This document shows positions 43,729 through 59,284 of a stretch of 64,000 nt of DNA, piece after piece (position 1 is the first letter of the stretch; each line of letters opens with the position of its first letter). Location of the stretch: assembly GCF_009914755.1 (NCBI RefSeq), contig NC_060935.1; one strand, 5' to 3'. A program made the position numbers and the translations under genes. Source of the DNA: the human T2T-CHM13v2.0 reference genome, Homo sapiens. The notes below the pieces were generated by a model. The model was given only the letters and a program-made list of their open reading frames with translations. It made no database searches and was not told where the DNA came from.

Positions 43729-44848
43729 GCTCACACAGGCTCTCTATTGAGTGCAGTTTGGAAGCGGATTTTGGCTGGAGGACTAGAAAGAGGCTTGTTG
43801 TGGAAATGGAGTGTTTAGGAGGCTGTTCCTCCCCCGCTGCTCCTCTCTCACTTGCTTCCTGACCTCCAAAATGCTCCTTAAATATAACACTCTCAACGCC
43901 TGATGACTCCCCTGCCTGAGCTTAGAGCTTTGATTCCCCAACGTGTGACTGCAGCACTGCTCTGCCCCAGATTTCCCAGCAACTAGAGGCATGCAGCTAT
44001 GCCCCGGTACTGCAGCGCTGCTGCACTCCTGCTCCTGGAGCAAAGAGGGGCACATAGGGAGAGCAGCACAGAATCCAAGAACTTGAGCTAGAAGGAGAGC
44101 TTCAGGGATCCTGTCGTTTATTTTCTGCTCCAGATAGGGAGCCAGAGGCTTGGAGTGGCTTACCCAAGGTCGTGGGATTCTGGTGGTGGAAAGAGCTCCA
44201 GATGAGGAGGTGGGAGGCAGGAGGGCCGAATTCTCCCTTGGCTTCTGCCACTCAGTGGCGGAAGCCTGAGATAGGAGCCGATATTGTGGCATTTGAGTTC
44301 ACAGCTTCCAGGTTTCCCTTGGCCGGATGGCCCTGGGTGTCTGCAGGCAAGGTCAACAGCAGCATGCTCTGGTGACCTCTTACCATTCTAGTCCCCATTT
44401 ATGGATGAGACAAGAAACACCAATCATGTTTTTGTTGGATTAGGAAAGGAACAGTGCCAGGGTAGGCGAGACTTTAAGACTCATAGGAGACCAACAGAAA
44501 GTCAAAGCAGCTGCAATCAAAAGGAAAAAGCTGAACTCTTTCCGGCCTCCATTCTAAACCCAGTAAAGTTCAGAAGAAACCGTGGTAACAAGAGACTTGG
44601 AGTAATACAAATCAAACCAACTTCATGTTCATTAAATTAGTGGACTCAGAAAGGCCAGTTTCTGTGAAAGTATAGCTGTGAAAATGCAGGTAACACAAAA
44701 TCTTGTCTAGACCCCTGTGCCCTACCCCCTCTTTATCAAGCCTGTTTATAAAAACCCAAAAGGGGTTGGTATTCAGTTGTTTTCTAAATACTCTGTGTAT
44801 TTTAAAATTGTTTGCATTGAATAGTTAGCTAATACAAAATAATATATA

Positions 44849-45175
<327 letters not shown>

Positions 45176-45249
45176 ATAATATTTATAAAATATATAAAAA
45201 TATGTGTAAAGTATAAAGAACAAATGACAATTGCAGGAGTACCTCTCAC

Positions 45250-46330
45250 CTGTTCTGCTCCATTGCATGTGACTGATTTATGCATTTTCAATGCTGTGTA
45301 CTGTTCCACCTTAAGAAAATAACACGAGGCATGTATCCTTTCTGTTGATAGACATTTGTTTTCAGAGTTTTTGTTTTGCTTTTGCTGTTACATGGAGTGC
45401 TATTTAAAGTCTTTCGTGCATGCCTCTGAATGTGAGTTGCTTCTATTATTGGAGTAGAACTGTTACGTATTAGAGTATGCAATCATCCAACTTTATTACA
45501 TAATACCATATAATTTTCTTAGGGAGTTGAACCAGTATACACTCCCACTAGCTCCTTTCCAACACTTGATATTATTTGACTTTTTAATTTTTGTCAATGG
45601 GATGAGTATGTGATGACATCTCACCAGAGTTCCAATTTATATTTTCCTGAGTACTAATGGATTGAGCTCCTTTTTATATAGTTTATTGCTTTCTTTTCTG
45701 AAAATGCTAACTTAAATCGTTTGTCTATTTTTAGAATTATCTTTCTTTTTCTCATTGGTTTGTAGGGATTTTTAATAAATTCTGTGAACAATTCCTTTCT
45801 CAACCAATATATGTTGCACATATTTTCTCTTAGAACAGCTTTGTCTTTTCTCTCTATGATCTCTTTGGATGATCAGAAGTTTTTAACTTTACTGTGGCTG
45901 AGTCTATCATTTTTTTCCTTTATGGGCATTGTTTTTGGGTCAGTTGTTTAGGAAACTCTCAGGGTACAATCAGTGTAAGAGTCAGTTTGTGATTATGATT
46001 TATCAGAGGAGATTATTCTTCCTCCTTTGTTCAACATCAAGGTTTAGGACAGGGAATTTTCCTTTTAGTTCCTGGGCAGCATTTGTACATTTCTTTCAAG
46101 TTTATCCTTACAGTGAGAGTGTAGTCCACTGGGATCCACTTTATGAGGTAGTTGCCTCTTGATTCTCTCACCACTTGTGGGCTTTGGGAATTATCTCTAG
46201 TGTGCTCTGGGAGGCCATGAAAACTGAAGCCCAGTTTCACTATTTTCTGCCATCACTAAATTTTTGACGTTTAAATATTTCTTACTTTTTTGATAGCTCA
46301 TCAAGCACTTTAAAATAATTTCTTTTTTTT
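45250..46330 (-). mobile_element. Old L1M (L1ME/L1MC-like) fragment
   Basis: T-rich antisense L1 3' motifs (ccagtatacactcccact, ttttcctgagtactaatg). Confidence 0.6.
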
Positions 46331-46672
46331 TCCTATTTTATCTGTGTGTATGCCATATTGCCAGATATGGAAGTCTTTGCAATCTAGTTTCCTCTAAACA
46401 ATTCTTATCCTTCCTGAAATGCAAATGTCAGGAAGCAGCCAGATTGCAGGGAGTCAGGCAGAAGCAGGAGAATCTGTGTATTCATTCCTAGAGGTTGTGT
46501 TAGTGCTTGCGATTTATTGGCCAGGAACTTTTCAAACCATGGAGACTGCTTTCCGTGAGAAGATAAAGAGGGAAGTTAGATGAGGAACATTTTTCCGTCT
46601 CACTTGGTCTCAGTCTTTACCTCAGAAAGCACTTCAATGTCTCTTCAAAGCTATGTTTGGATCACCTTTTGA

Positions 46673-47026
<354 letters not shown>

Positions 47027-47371
47027 TGAGAAGCTCTGTTTCAGAAACAAGAAAGAGCCAAGGGGAATTCGAGGCAGATGATGATCGCTCAACCCACTGG
47101 GCTCTCCTGTTCTTCCTTCCCTTTTGGGTTCCTCACATCACACACAGACACTCAAGCCAGCCAACTCATCAGTAATAGAAGAGATTTAGTCTTGATTTAG
47201 TCTCTTTTTTAACTGTTACCTGGATTCTTTTTCTCTTGGGAACATGTAAGCTTTTGTAAACCAGTTTGTCTGATAGAGAAGGAGATTTTTTATAAACATA
47301 CATAGTGAATAAGAGAATAGGTTTTTGAGCTGGGCACGCCTGCATTCAAATTCCAGGCTTGCAGCTTGCTA

Positions 47372-47785
<414 letters not shown>

Positions 47786-48392
47786 TTAAGTCAGAGAATA
47801 CAGGCAAAATGCTTAGCTTGATGCCTGACATAACTAACCCTCAATATACTCCTATTAATAGCTGAGAAGGAGTTGACTTTTTGGATTTTTGTTTTTGTAG
47901 TTAAAAAAAAAACAGCTAGAGCAAAAGCCAAAAAAATTTACAGTTACAATAATGTTTCTAATATAATACTTGGAAATCTTTGATCCAGGTTTTCTGTGTT
48001 ACTTGTGATCAGAGCAGTTGATGGGCCAGGATGAGAATACAGTATTCACGTGTACCTGGAGTACTCTCAGTGACATTTGCCTCGGGGCTGGATCACATGA
48101 CCTGGTATTTCCATTGAGTGAATTATCTAGGTCATAAAGGACAACTCTTTGTACTTCTGGAATCTGTTGCATCCCTTCAATATCTGTGCTGAAAGTATGG
48201 CCTGGGTACAGGCTCCAGGAGCTTTGAAAACATAATTTTGGATGTGTTCAGAAGTCCTGGCAGCATTTGGGTTTGTCTGGCATGGGGCTATGGATAGATC
48301 AATTCCACAGCCAAGGGCTGCTTTGGGAACACCTTTCTGAAAACTCAGTATACCTTATTTTTTTCTTTCTTTCGTTTTTTACTTGTGGAATC

Positions 48393-48408
48393 AGGTCACA
48401 AAAGGTTA
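48393..48408 (+). promoter_or_regulatory. DR4 nuclear receptor element (LXRE/TRE-like)
   Basis: AGGTCA caaa AGGTTA in non-Alu sequence. Confidence 0.45.
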
Positions 48409-48670
48409 GTATATCTTAAAGAGTGTTTCTTCTGGACCACGTGGACATTGGAGAGATAACATGGTGTTTTAGTTCGGTTTGAGTAAGGTCACTTAAACGC
48501 TTGCTTATAGTACCCTACAATCCCCAAGCCCTCCTCCTCAGTGGGGATATAGAGATTGCTGAATGACACACAGTCCTTGTCTCCATGGTGCTTATCCTCT
48601 AAAAAGAACAAAGCAGATAATAAGTCATTACAAGTATGATGACTGTTACCAACGAGGGTCTGCACTCCAG

Positions 48671-48998
48671 TTTTTATTTTTATTTTATTTTATTTTATTT
48701 TATTTTATTTTTTGTTTGAGACAGAGTCTCACTCTGTCTCCCAGGCTAGATTGCAGTGGTGGGATCTGGGCTCACTGCAGCCTCTATCTCTCTGGTTCAA
48801 GCAATTGTCCTGCCTCAGCCCCCCGAGTAACTGGGATTACAAGCACATGCCACCACACCCAGCTAAATTTTGTATTTTTAGTAGAGACGAGGTTTCGCCA
48901 TGTTGGCCAGGCTGGTCTCAAACTCCTGACCTCAAGGGATCCGCCTCCTTGGGCTCCCAAAGTGCTGGGATTACAGGCATGAGCCACTGTGCGTGACC
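48671..48998 (-). mobile_element. AluS with (TTTTA)n tail
   Basis: Alu consensus. Confidence 0.93.
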
Positions 48999-49699
48999 AA
49001 AGGAGAAATGATTGGTTTTTCTCACTTTAGAGGGTCAAGTATAGATGATGTTCATACGACACGAGGATGTCTGCAGATTGTTTTATGGGCAAATTTTAGG
49101 GTAAAGGCTTATTATGGTTCAACTGTTTTGGAGCAAGTTTCTGGGTAAAGCTTTATTATCATGGTTCAGTTGAAGGTTGCTATTTCATAATTAATCTCTT
49201 TGTTCGTTGTCACCCATCCGCATTACTGACCCAGATAGTAATGTAGGGAAAGATAGAAAGGGATCATATAGCCAGGGAAGTTGTTGGTGTTGGAACTCCC
49301 AGGCCCCAGCCTGGAGGATCTGATTTAGGAGGAGCCTCTTCCCCATTCTCAGTGAATTGTTACTTTCCAGCTAGAGTTGAAAATCCTGGTCCTGCCTTAC
49401 TGGGTGCTGTGGCTGGTCTGCATCTTCTTGGAGCCCAGGATTGGTGATCATGTTGCCTAAATCCTAAACCAGGCCTTTGTGGTCACCTTAAAAGGATCCC
49501 TTGCCCCAGGTGACAATGTGCTGCCCTGCCACCAGAAGTTGCTGCCTCACCCTGCGTCCCAGAAGTCATGGCAATTTCCCCAGCAGGAGGAGAGAGCTGT
49601 GCATTCTGTGTGCAGCACACTGCCTGGGAGCACGCAGCCCTGCTTGCCCCGCCTTGCGGGGTGAGGGTTCTGTTTAAGGTGGTCTTGTGCGCCTAGATG

Positions 49700-50507
49700 T
49701 CCCAGGCACTCACCACGGGGCCTCTGAGTTCTGCTTGGATTCCAGAGGTGTGCAGAGGACCTAGGGTCCAGGTTCCCCTCCCCCGCAGGGGTGGGGCATT
49801 TTAACCCCTGAGTGGATGCTGACAGAAGTGCTCAACTTCAGATATTTCTGCCCCCTCCTCTTCCTTCCTGGCACCACATTCCTCACGCACCCTCTCCCTG
49901 ATATTCTGTCCCATCCTGGGACTAAACATGTGCTGTGTCTTTAAATGGGCGGAAGTGGCTGGCAGTGCTTTGCTTGGGTACTGCATTGATTAGGAGATTA
50001 TATGGAGCTGCGGGAGCTGCCGCCTGGGGGAAGAGAGGTGCAGCTTCTGCTAGGTTTGTGCTCTCCTCCCAGGGTCTCCTTGGCTTCCTTCCCCAAAGCA
50101 GCTCAGAGCTGGTATGAGGTGAGGGTGGGGGGCAGCCGGCCAGCCTGGCTGTTGACGGCAACTCCAGGGCTTGTTTCGCGCAGCCTTGCCAGCATTACCC
50201 ATCCTCATCAGAAACTGGCAGCGGCAGCCACAGCTCGGGCAGGCGGCTCCAGCCCCAGGCTGGATTTGCAGAATCTGTCCTTTGCCTCCAAGCCCAGCTT
50301 TCAGCTGGGAGAGGGGGAAGAAGGGGCAGTGGCAGCAGTTCTTCTGGCTCTTTCTCCCTTTCTCTCTTTCTCTTTCTGTGTTCAAGTCACATTACATGGG
50401 ATTCTGTTCTTTTGGGACTTCGTCATCTTTTCCAATATGTCCTGGGACCTCCGGAGCTGTAACGGGGATGCTAAGGACACGGTCAGTGGATTATCGTGAC
50501 TGTACTA
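49700..50507 (+). promoter_or_regulatory. GRAMD1B: Promoter and 5' UTR of the MKGFKLSC exon (TSS not determinable from sequence)
   Basis: GC/CpG-enriched, repeat-free; GGGCGGAAGT (Sp/ETS composite) at 49947-49956. Confidence 0.65.
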
Positions 50508-50530
50508 ATGAAAGGATTCAAGCTCTCCTG
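50508..50530 (+). CDS. GRAMD1B: First coding exon of the short GRAMD1B isoform: MKGFKLS(C)
   Basis: ATG AAA GGA TTC AAG CTC TCC TG|gtaagt; matches the recalled N-terminus MKGFKLSCTASNSNR; in-frame TAA at 50472 upstream; phase 2. Confidence 0.93.
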
Positions 50531-53500
50531 GTAAGTAGAGGAGGGATAGGGCACCTTCCTCTTCTGCCTTTCTTCAGCCCTGTGCTCGCCCCAGCACCCT
50601 CAAGAGGTCTCCTTCATTGATGCCATCTCACCAGGCATCGAGGGGTTAAGATGTGGGGACTAGGCACTTTAAAAGTTGGGGTACTCTCCCTGGCTCCCCC
50701 AGCTGCTGCACTGCTGCACTATTTTCCTTACCTTCTTCGAGGTCGGGGGTTTTGTGGAAGTTGAGGGGCAGTGGAGAGAATCAAATTGCAGCTAAAACGT
50801 TCTCCAACTTCGAGTACGTGAGGAGTGGTGCGCACAGAGGGAACTTTATAATAAAGAAACATCCCTTCCCTTTGGCGAGGTGTTGTGCGTCTGCATCAGG
50901 CTGGGGGTGCAGTTGTACTCTTCCTTAGCCCTGACCAACACGTGATTTTGAGGGAGGGGGTGCGGGGGGCCTTTCTCACGTCAGCTGCTTAGGGCGGGCA
51001 GTCCCTAGGGGCATCCCTCTGAGGGGCCAGGCTCCATCTTCTAGGATGCCTGGTGTCCAGAGGCGAGTGGACCGCTGCCTACCCCAACACAAGCACTCAC
51101 CTTGGGCCTTTGCAAGTGCCTGTTCCTGGGCTTAATCTTGGGACATTAAAGGCATCTCTCGCTTGGGGTGTGGGAGTAGCTGTATTCTAGCTACAGAAGT
51201 AGTCAGAATATTTTTACCTTCCATTTAAAAAATAAAACCTTTACCTCTCTCTGTTTTTTGACCCAATAAGGAGATTGCACGGGCAGGTGAATTGGCTTTT
51301 CATCTGGTGGAGAAACTGCAGATTTTGCTTGGAAAACTTTGCCATACCAGTGATCCGGTACCCCTGCAGGGTGGCATGTGCAGCTGCCTGAGGCCTCCTT
51401 CAGAGGAGAAAGGCTCCTTGGACTGAGGAGGGAGCTTTCTCCCTGAAGAGGGTGGAGGGTGGGAGGAGGAGGATGAGCTTGGGAGAGCTCCCAGCAAGGA
51501 TGAGTCCTGCCTTCATTGCGGCTGGCTGTCCACGCGTGGGGTGGGGTGGCGGCAGGTCACATCTCTGAGTGAAAGGTTGATTTTCAGAGTCAGGGATGGG
51601 TGTTGAGCGATTTGAGGCATGGGGTCCTAACCTGGCTCTGGGCCACATTTGGCCTTCCAGGCACCCCTACCCTAGATTAAACCCTGAGAGAATGTCTAGT
51701 CCAGCCCTCCTCCTGTAGGGAACAGGGCCCTTTAGTGGGTCTTGAAAAGGCACTTTGCAGAAGGCAAAGGGAGGTGCTTAGTTTCTGCAAGTGTAACTCT
51801 CAAGAACTGCGAGTTCCCAGGAGGTGATGAACATCAGTTATCCCCCAGCCGGGAGTTTCTTTTCCTCAAGCTTTGCTATCCCTCTCTCTTACATTTAGTC
51901 CTTGCTTTCTTGGGGTCTGGTACCCCATTCTTTCTGGGTGGGAGGCTATTAGCAGTGTTTATTGTCACTGGGAGTTCCAGGTCCAGACCAGCAGCTAAAG
52001 CTCTTCCTTATTCCTCAGTAGAGCCATGCTCAGTCTGTAGCTGGGATGAGGCCTCCAAGAAAAGCCCAGGTGCTGCAGGAACACTGGGCTCTTCATCAGA
52101 AATCTCTCCGCATCCTTCCGCGCCCCTGCTGTCAGCACACCCAACTTGGGGCTGAGGGGTAGCTTGGCTGTCATTCAGGATGAGACATCACTTTAACAGA
52201 ATGCTCTCAGCTCAGCCTGGGTTGGTCCTCAGGGATGTGCAGAGATGTTTGCCTTTAAAAATCTGCCTTGAGCATCTCTTGATGCATTTCAACAAGGAGA
52301 GCAGTGTTAATCTGGGAACTGTAATTGGGATAATTTTGTCTTCTTCAGAAATTTTACAAGGATGGGAAAATGTTGTCATTTATCTCTGCCTTGATACTGT
52401 TAGATCCTGTGACCCACTGTCTCATTAAGTACAGGTCCATTTTGGTCCAGGGGCCAAACCTTGTAGTTGTGGATGGAATGCGGCTCCCTTTGGCAGTATC
52501 CCAACTGGTACTCCCTACTCTCTGGTACTCAGGTACTGATAGGGTACTAATGCTGATACTCTGGTACTGGTACTCAGGGTACTCCCTACTCTTCCAACAA
52601 GGAGACTTGATAGAAGCAAGATGACCAAATCTATTGACTACCTTGGTAGCACTGTCTACATATGGAAGAGAATGAATTTAATTAAAATTATAATGTTTGA
52701 ATTATTTCTAGAAACAACTCTGGAATGCCTACTATGGGTTGGTGATATATAAAATGATGGTAAATACTGATAAGAACAATGGTGACTAACATTTGCTGAA
52801 ACTATGTATCAAGCACCACAGTAAACTCACATGGAGCTCACAGTGTTATGATAAGAATCCCCATTTTATCCCCATTTTATGGATGGGGAAGCAGACACAG
52901 AGTTTAAGTGGCCTGCTTGAAGGCATGCAGATAGGAACCAGGCTTTGGGCTTACAGCAGGGTAAGTTTCCCCAGTGATTCACCTGTCCCTGGTTACTCCT
53001 CTTCTCTAGTATAATTTCCGCTCTGTGTAATGCCGTGCTAGACACCGGCTTTTTTTTTTATGTTCTGTTGTCTCTTATATTCATTAGGTCAGTTAGTTAG
53101 ACTTTTAAAAGTGTGTATAAATATGTTATCTCATTTGATTCTTACTATAACCTCATGAAGCAGCTGGTGTCTCCATTTCAGAGGTAGGGAAGTGGAGGCA
53201 CAGAGTGGTAAAGTGAGATTTGATTAAATTAATGCAACTAGTTGGTGGGGAAGCCAGGATACACTCTTACGGCTGAACTGATTTCAGAGTGGGGACTAAC
53301 TACCACGCAACAGCATGGTGTGTCAGTCAGGCCTTCTTTCCCAGAGAGCAGGCTCAGGGTCTGTCCATTCATTTTCTCATCCATTTCTTCATTCTACAAA
53401 TGTTGATCAAGTATTATTTTTGCAGCCCCGTTGTCTAGGCATTGTGAAGTTAAAAAAATTTAAAGGGCAATGCTTTGGCCTTTTAGGGGCTGGTAGCCTC

Positions 53501-54727
53501 ACAGATGGAAGGAGGCTCTCTCACACCTCCGACACGTGTACACGCAAGTCAGTAAGTGTTAAGGGACAGATAAGTGCGGTGAACAGCAGACACTCTAGAA
53601 ATACATTTCAGCTGGCATGACAGAGGAGTCTTATTGGAGTAATTGAAATGTGAGGGAGGTTCAGAGGCTGGACAATTAGGTAAGTAAAGGCTGTACTTCA
53701 CACAGCTGTACCTCATGGAGTTATGAGAGTATCACTGAGGATGCTTTTGGATGAAGATGACCGTGACATATGTCTATGACTGACAAGTGGTTGGACTTTG
53801 AGATAGAAATCTCCCCCAGTGCAACCCCTCTCTCTCAATAGGGTAAGAGCTTTAGGCTGTCTCCAAAGAGGATTCTATGATTTCTTCTACTGGTAACTTG
53901 GTGAGCAAGGTAAGGGCAGTGGTGGAGGAGACTGGGAGAGGAGGTGGCATTGACAAACAGATGGGACTGCGGCCCAAGACTCTGTGGGGCATGTAGTGAT
54001 TTGGAAGCCAAGAAATTGGTTTTTTAAAGAGTAACTCACCAATCTTCCGCAGCTTCTACATGGTTATTTTTTTTCTTTTGGTGACGCAAAGATAGTCCTA
54101 ATTCCTGTAGAGCCTTAGAACCTCAAACACTAAGAAGGTCTCCAATTTTGTGGGGCTGCTCCACCTCCAGATGGTTCTGGCCCCCATAGGACTAGGCAGA
54201 CTGTAGTGACATCTGTCTGAATTCCCTGTCCTCGTGTTCCTGGCCCTCACATCTGCTGGGCTTGGTAATGCCGTCTCCAAAGAGCCTGGGGGCTGTGACA
54301 GACCTTCAGGAAAGTCAGTGTGCTGGAAGAATTTGATTCTGGAAAAAAAAAAGGTTGAGAGAAAGTATAGTTCTTGACAGAGAGCAGGTGAAGCATTTCT
54401 GTGGAAAAGGGCTTAGTCCTCAGATGAGGGGAGTTTCGAGTTTCTCCATGTTCGAGTGGGTGAGTGAGCAGTCTTGCTACTTTCACACTGTTTAGGAGGA
54501 TAAGCACTGTGTGACAGAACCTACTCACATTCTTCACAGGTAGCTGGGAGGGTCCATTTTTTTTTTTTTTCTACTTCTCCATATTTCATGACCATTAATG
54601 GTCAACAATATTTTATTTGATAGTAAATGTCAGTTGCCTACTGTACCCATTCTTTTCAATCTGTTGGCAAGTGGGGTGCTGTTCATTCTTTAGCTGTTGC
54701 CTGGACCAAATTATCTATTTCTCTAGA

Positions 54728-55038
54728 TTTCTTTTGTCTTTTCTGTTTTTTTGAGACAGAGTTTCACTCTTGTCACCCAGGCTGGAGTGAAGTGGCGAGA
54801 TCTTGGCTCACTGCAACTTCCCCGTCCCCCCGGATTCAAGTGATTCTCCTGCCTCAGCATCCTGAGTAGCTGGGATTACAGGCGCCCGCCACCACACCCA
54901 GCTAATTTTTGTGTTTTTAGTAGAGACGGGGTTTCACCATGTTGGCCAGGCTGGTCTCAAACTCCTGACCTCAGGTGATCCACCTGCCTTGGCCTCCCAA
55001 AGTGCTGGGATTACAGGCATGAGCCATCGTGCCCAGCC
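54728..55038 (-). mobile_element. AluS
   Basis: Alu consensus. Confidence 0.95.
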
Positions 55039-55128
55039 TCAAGATTCTTTCTGTAAGAGGTCTGCTCCAGAGGAGGGAGCCCTAGACATGGCCCCTGCAC
55101 ACCTCCTATAGAGCCAGGCTTCCCAGCT

Positions 55129-55148
55129 ATGGAAACGTTTATCAGGAG
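55129..55148 (+). CDS. Possible additional phase-2 first exon: METFIR(S)
   Basis: Kozak gctATGG, 20 nt to consensus donor GAG|gtgagt; no other support. Confidence 0.3.
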
Positions 55149-56088
55149 GTGAGTTGCGGTGAAGGTTGGGGTCACTTCATGGCTTGAGACTTTGGAGAGC
55201 TGACTCCTGAACCAGAACCCTGTAATCACCTTTTGGCCTGCTGTGTGGCCCTGGTAGGTAACTTCTGTTTGCCTTGGGTGGTGGTGGTTTTGAAAGTGGG
55301 ATTAAATGAGTGTTGGGTGGATTAGTTGGTCTCTCAGCTTCCTTTTTAGTAATGGTTTAGAAAAAGGCCACAGTCCTGATAGAGCAGGTTGCTAGTGATG
55401 TGGACTGTTTGCGTTCTTCTGTAGCCAGCAGGGGACACTGAAAGTAAACATTCATTTGAAACTATTAAATATTCATTTACAAACATCGCACAGCAGGCAC
55501 ACCCTCCTGCGAACAGTGTGAGATTTACTTTATTATTCTGTGGGATGGGAATTGGAGTTTTCCCGTGGTTCGGTAAGTCCAGGACACTGAGCGCTGGTCA
55601 TCTAGGCATTTAAATCCCTTGAGTGAGAAGGACAGCTCAGGGCGAGGACTGAAACTTCTGACTCTACAGATTTCTTAAAAGGATAAGCGTTTCTCACCTC
55701 TCATTCACAGTTCTGCTTTGGTAAACTGTACCTGGCTTGAAATAAGCAGCAATAAACATTATTTGCTTTGTTGTGTTATTGTCGTCATCATTACTACTCT
55801 AAGAAGAAAGAAAGAATGTAACTTTGTAGCTGGCAGAGATTGTTGCAGATCAGATTATGAGTACCTAAGGTTCATTGCTGCTGCTGGCTCGAAGCCCTTC
55901 CCTCCCGGCCTTCCTGAGGCTTGTTGTCATCAAGTTTATTATTGCTGGAAGAGACGGTTTAGGGTTTCTAATGAGAGAACTTGAAGACACTTCTCATCTC
56001 TTGCTGAATTCTTCGGAAGACTGGACATTTGTCCCCTAAATGAGTTATTAAGGTGAAAGGATGTGACGGACTACATATTGCTAGATGG

Positions 56089-56393
<305 letters not shown>

Positions 56394-56977
56394 TGTTTAT
56401 TAATTCTTAATGCTATTCTTTGGTTTGTGTTTGCAGAAAGATGTTGAACTAAACTGGGTTATGCCATGATAATACCATTCCCTCCCCCTTTCACCCCAAC
56501 CAGCTTAACTCATGCTAAATTTAGTTCTTGATCACTCCAAGTCCCCTCAGGCTCTGGAAAACTCTCCAGGAAGGCTATCCTGCATGTGGCAGGCAGCTCA
56601 GTGATCCAGGCAGTAGAATGTCATGGCCCTTCTACCGCAGTGGTCAGGGTGGGGTGGGGAGGAAGGCGTGGCTCTTAATGCTCCTCCCTGAAAGTGAGTA
56701 TACTGTCCCTGCACTTGCCCCACATTGGCCAGAGCTAGTCACGTGGCCCTGCCTGACTGCAGGAAAGCTGGAAGATGTGGCTTCTGAGTGCAGGAAGAGG
56801 GGAGAACTGGAAATATGAGTGAGCACTCATCATACATACCACTACTGCACAGCTGCTTTTATTGGTAGTGTGGGCACGGGCTGATGCCTCTTCCTAAGAC
56901 ACAGCAGCACTTCCTTAGTGCCTGTAGAATGAAGGCCATTATCCAAGATGTCATGGAAGACCTCATGTGACCTTACA

Positions 56978-57290
56978 TTGTGGTTTGACACACCATAGCC
57001 AACAGGCCAAATTCGGTTTGATGCCAGATTTTATACAGTTCTTCCAAACTAAGAATGTTTCTTTACCTTTTTAAATGGTTGAAGAAATTAAGAGAAGGAT
57101 AATATGACATGCAAAAATTATATGAAATTCCATACGTTTTATTAGAACACAGGCATACCAATTTGTTTATATGTTACCAATGATCACGTTCATGCTACAA
57201 CAGCAGAATTGAGTAGTTGCGACAGGTCTATGACTGGCTGATCTAAAACATTTATTATCGAGCCCTTTACTCAAAGTTTGCTGCCTCTAG
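56978..57290 (-). mobile_element. MER58B-like element
   Basis: Reverse-complement similarity to 3955-4317 (gcagaattgagtagttgcgacag, gccctttac). Confidence 0.7.
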
Positions 57291-57345
57291 TTTAAGCAAA
57301 TAGAGATACTTCTCAAGTGCAACAAAATATGTTTTTACTGGATAA

Positions 57346-57673
<328 letters not shown>

Positions 57674-57682
57674 CTTAGCTAG

Positions 57683-58083
<401 letters not shown>

Positions 58084-58376
58084 TCAGCCTATGTTTTAAA
58101 TCTTATAAACTCATAGCAATTTTTTTAAATCTAGGTACAGATTATTCAGATTTTACAAGTGAATAAACTAAAGCACAGAGGAGCCAAGTACTCCAAGCAA
58201 GGTCACACAGCTCAAAAGTGTTTGAGCTGGTAGTCTGACTTTAGAGTCCATGCTCTTAACTACCACAATTACAAAGCAACTGGAAGACAGGTCTTTGTCT
58301 ATGAGAAGACATGAGACTAATACGAAAAGTTTGAGGAATAGTAATTTATGAAGACAGCATTTAATGGTTTGAATTA

Positions 58377-58796
58377 CAGATGACCCTTGACCAACTTGGT
58401 GCTTAGGGGCACCAACGCCCATGCAGTCAAATCTGTGTGTAGCTTTTGACTTCACAACATCTTAACTACTAATTGCCTACTGTTGACCAGAAGCCTTACT
58501 GATAACACAGTCAATTAACACATTTTTGGTATTATGCATTATATACTGTATTCTTGCAATAAAGTAAGTAGAGAAAAGAAAGTGTTAAGAAAGTCATAAG
58601 AGAATATATTTACTACTCATTAAGTGGAAGCAGATTGTCATAAAGGCCTTCATCCTTATTGTGTTCACATTGAGTAGGCTGAGAAGGAGAAAGAGAAGGG
58701 GTTGGTCTTGCTGTCTCAGAGGCGACAGAGGTGAAAGAAGATTTGCACGTATTTGGACTTGCACAGTTCAAATCCATGTTGTTCAGGGGTCACTTG
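58377..58796 (-). mobile_element. Tigger2a-like element, near full length
   Basis: TIRs cagatgacccttga / tcaggggtcacttg flanked by TA. Confidence 0.85.
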
Positions 58797-58924
58797 TACA
58801 ATTGCCAAAGATGTGCAAGAACAGAGATGGAGAGGTAGTAATGGGCAAAAGAAATTGAGAAGGGCTGAATGAAGGAGATGGGATGTGGGTTGATCCTTGG
58901 AGAATGGAGTCCACTGAGATTTCA

Positions 58925-59284
<360 letters not shown>

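Noticed and set aside
50002-50620. 165-aa and 149-aa ORFs over the promoter and first exon
   Set aside because: Out of frame with the recognised CDS; GC-rich stop-poor sequence; only the 3' parts are kept as uORF candidates
52925-52966. ATG with donor AGG|gtaagt
   Set aside because: Phase 0 and inside a MIR
55545-55578. Strong-Kozak ATG with donor TCG|gtaagt
   Set aside because: Phase 1, incompatible with the shared exon; no other support
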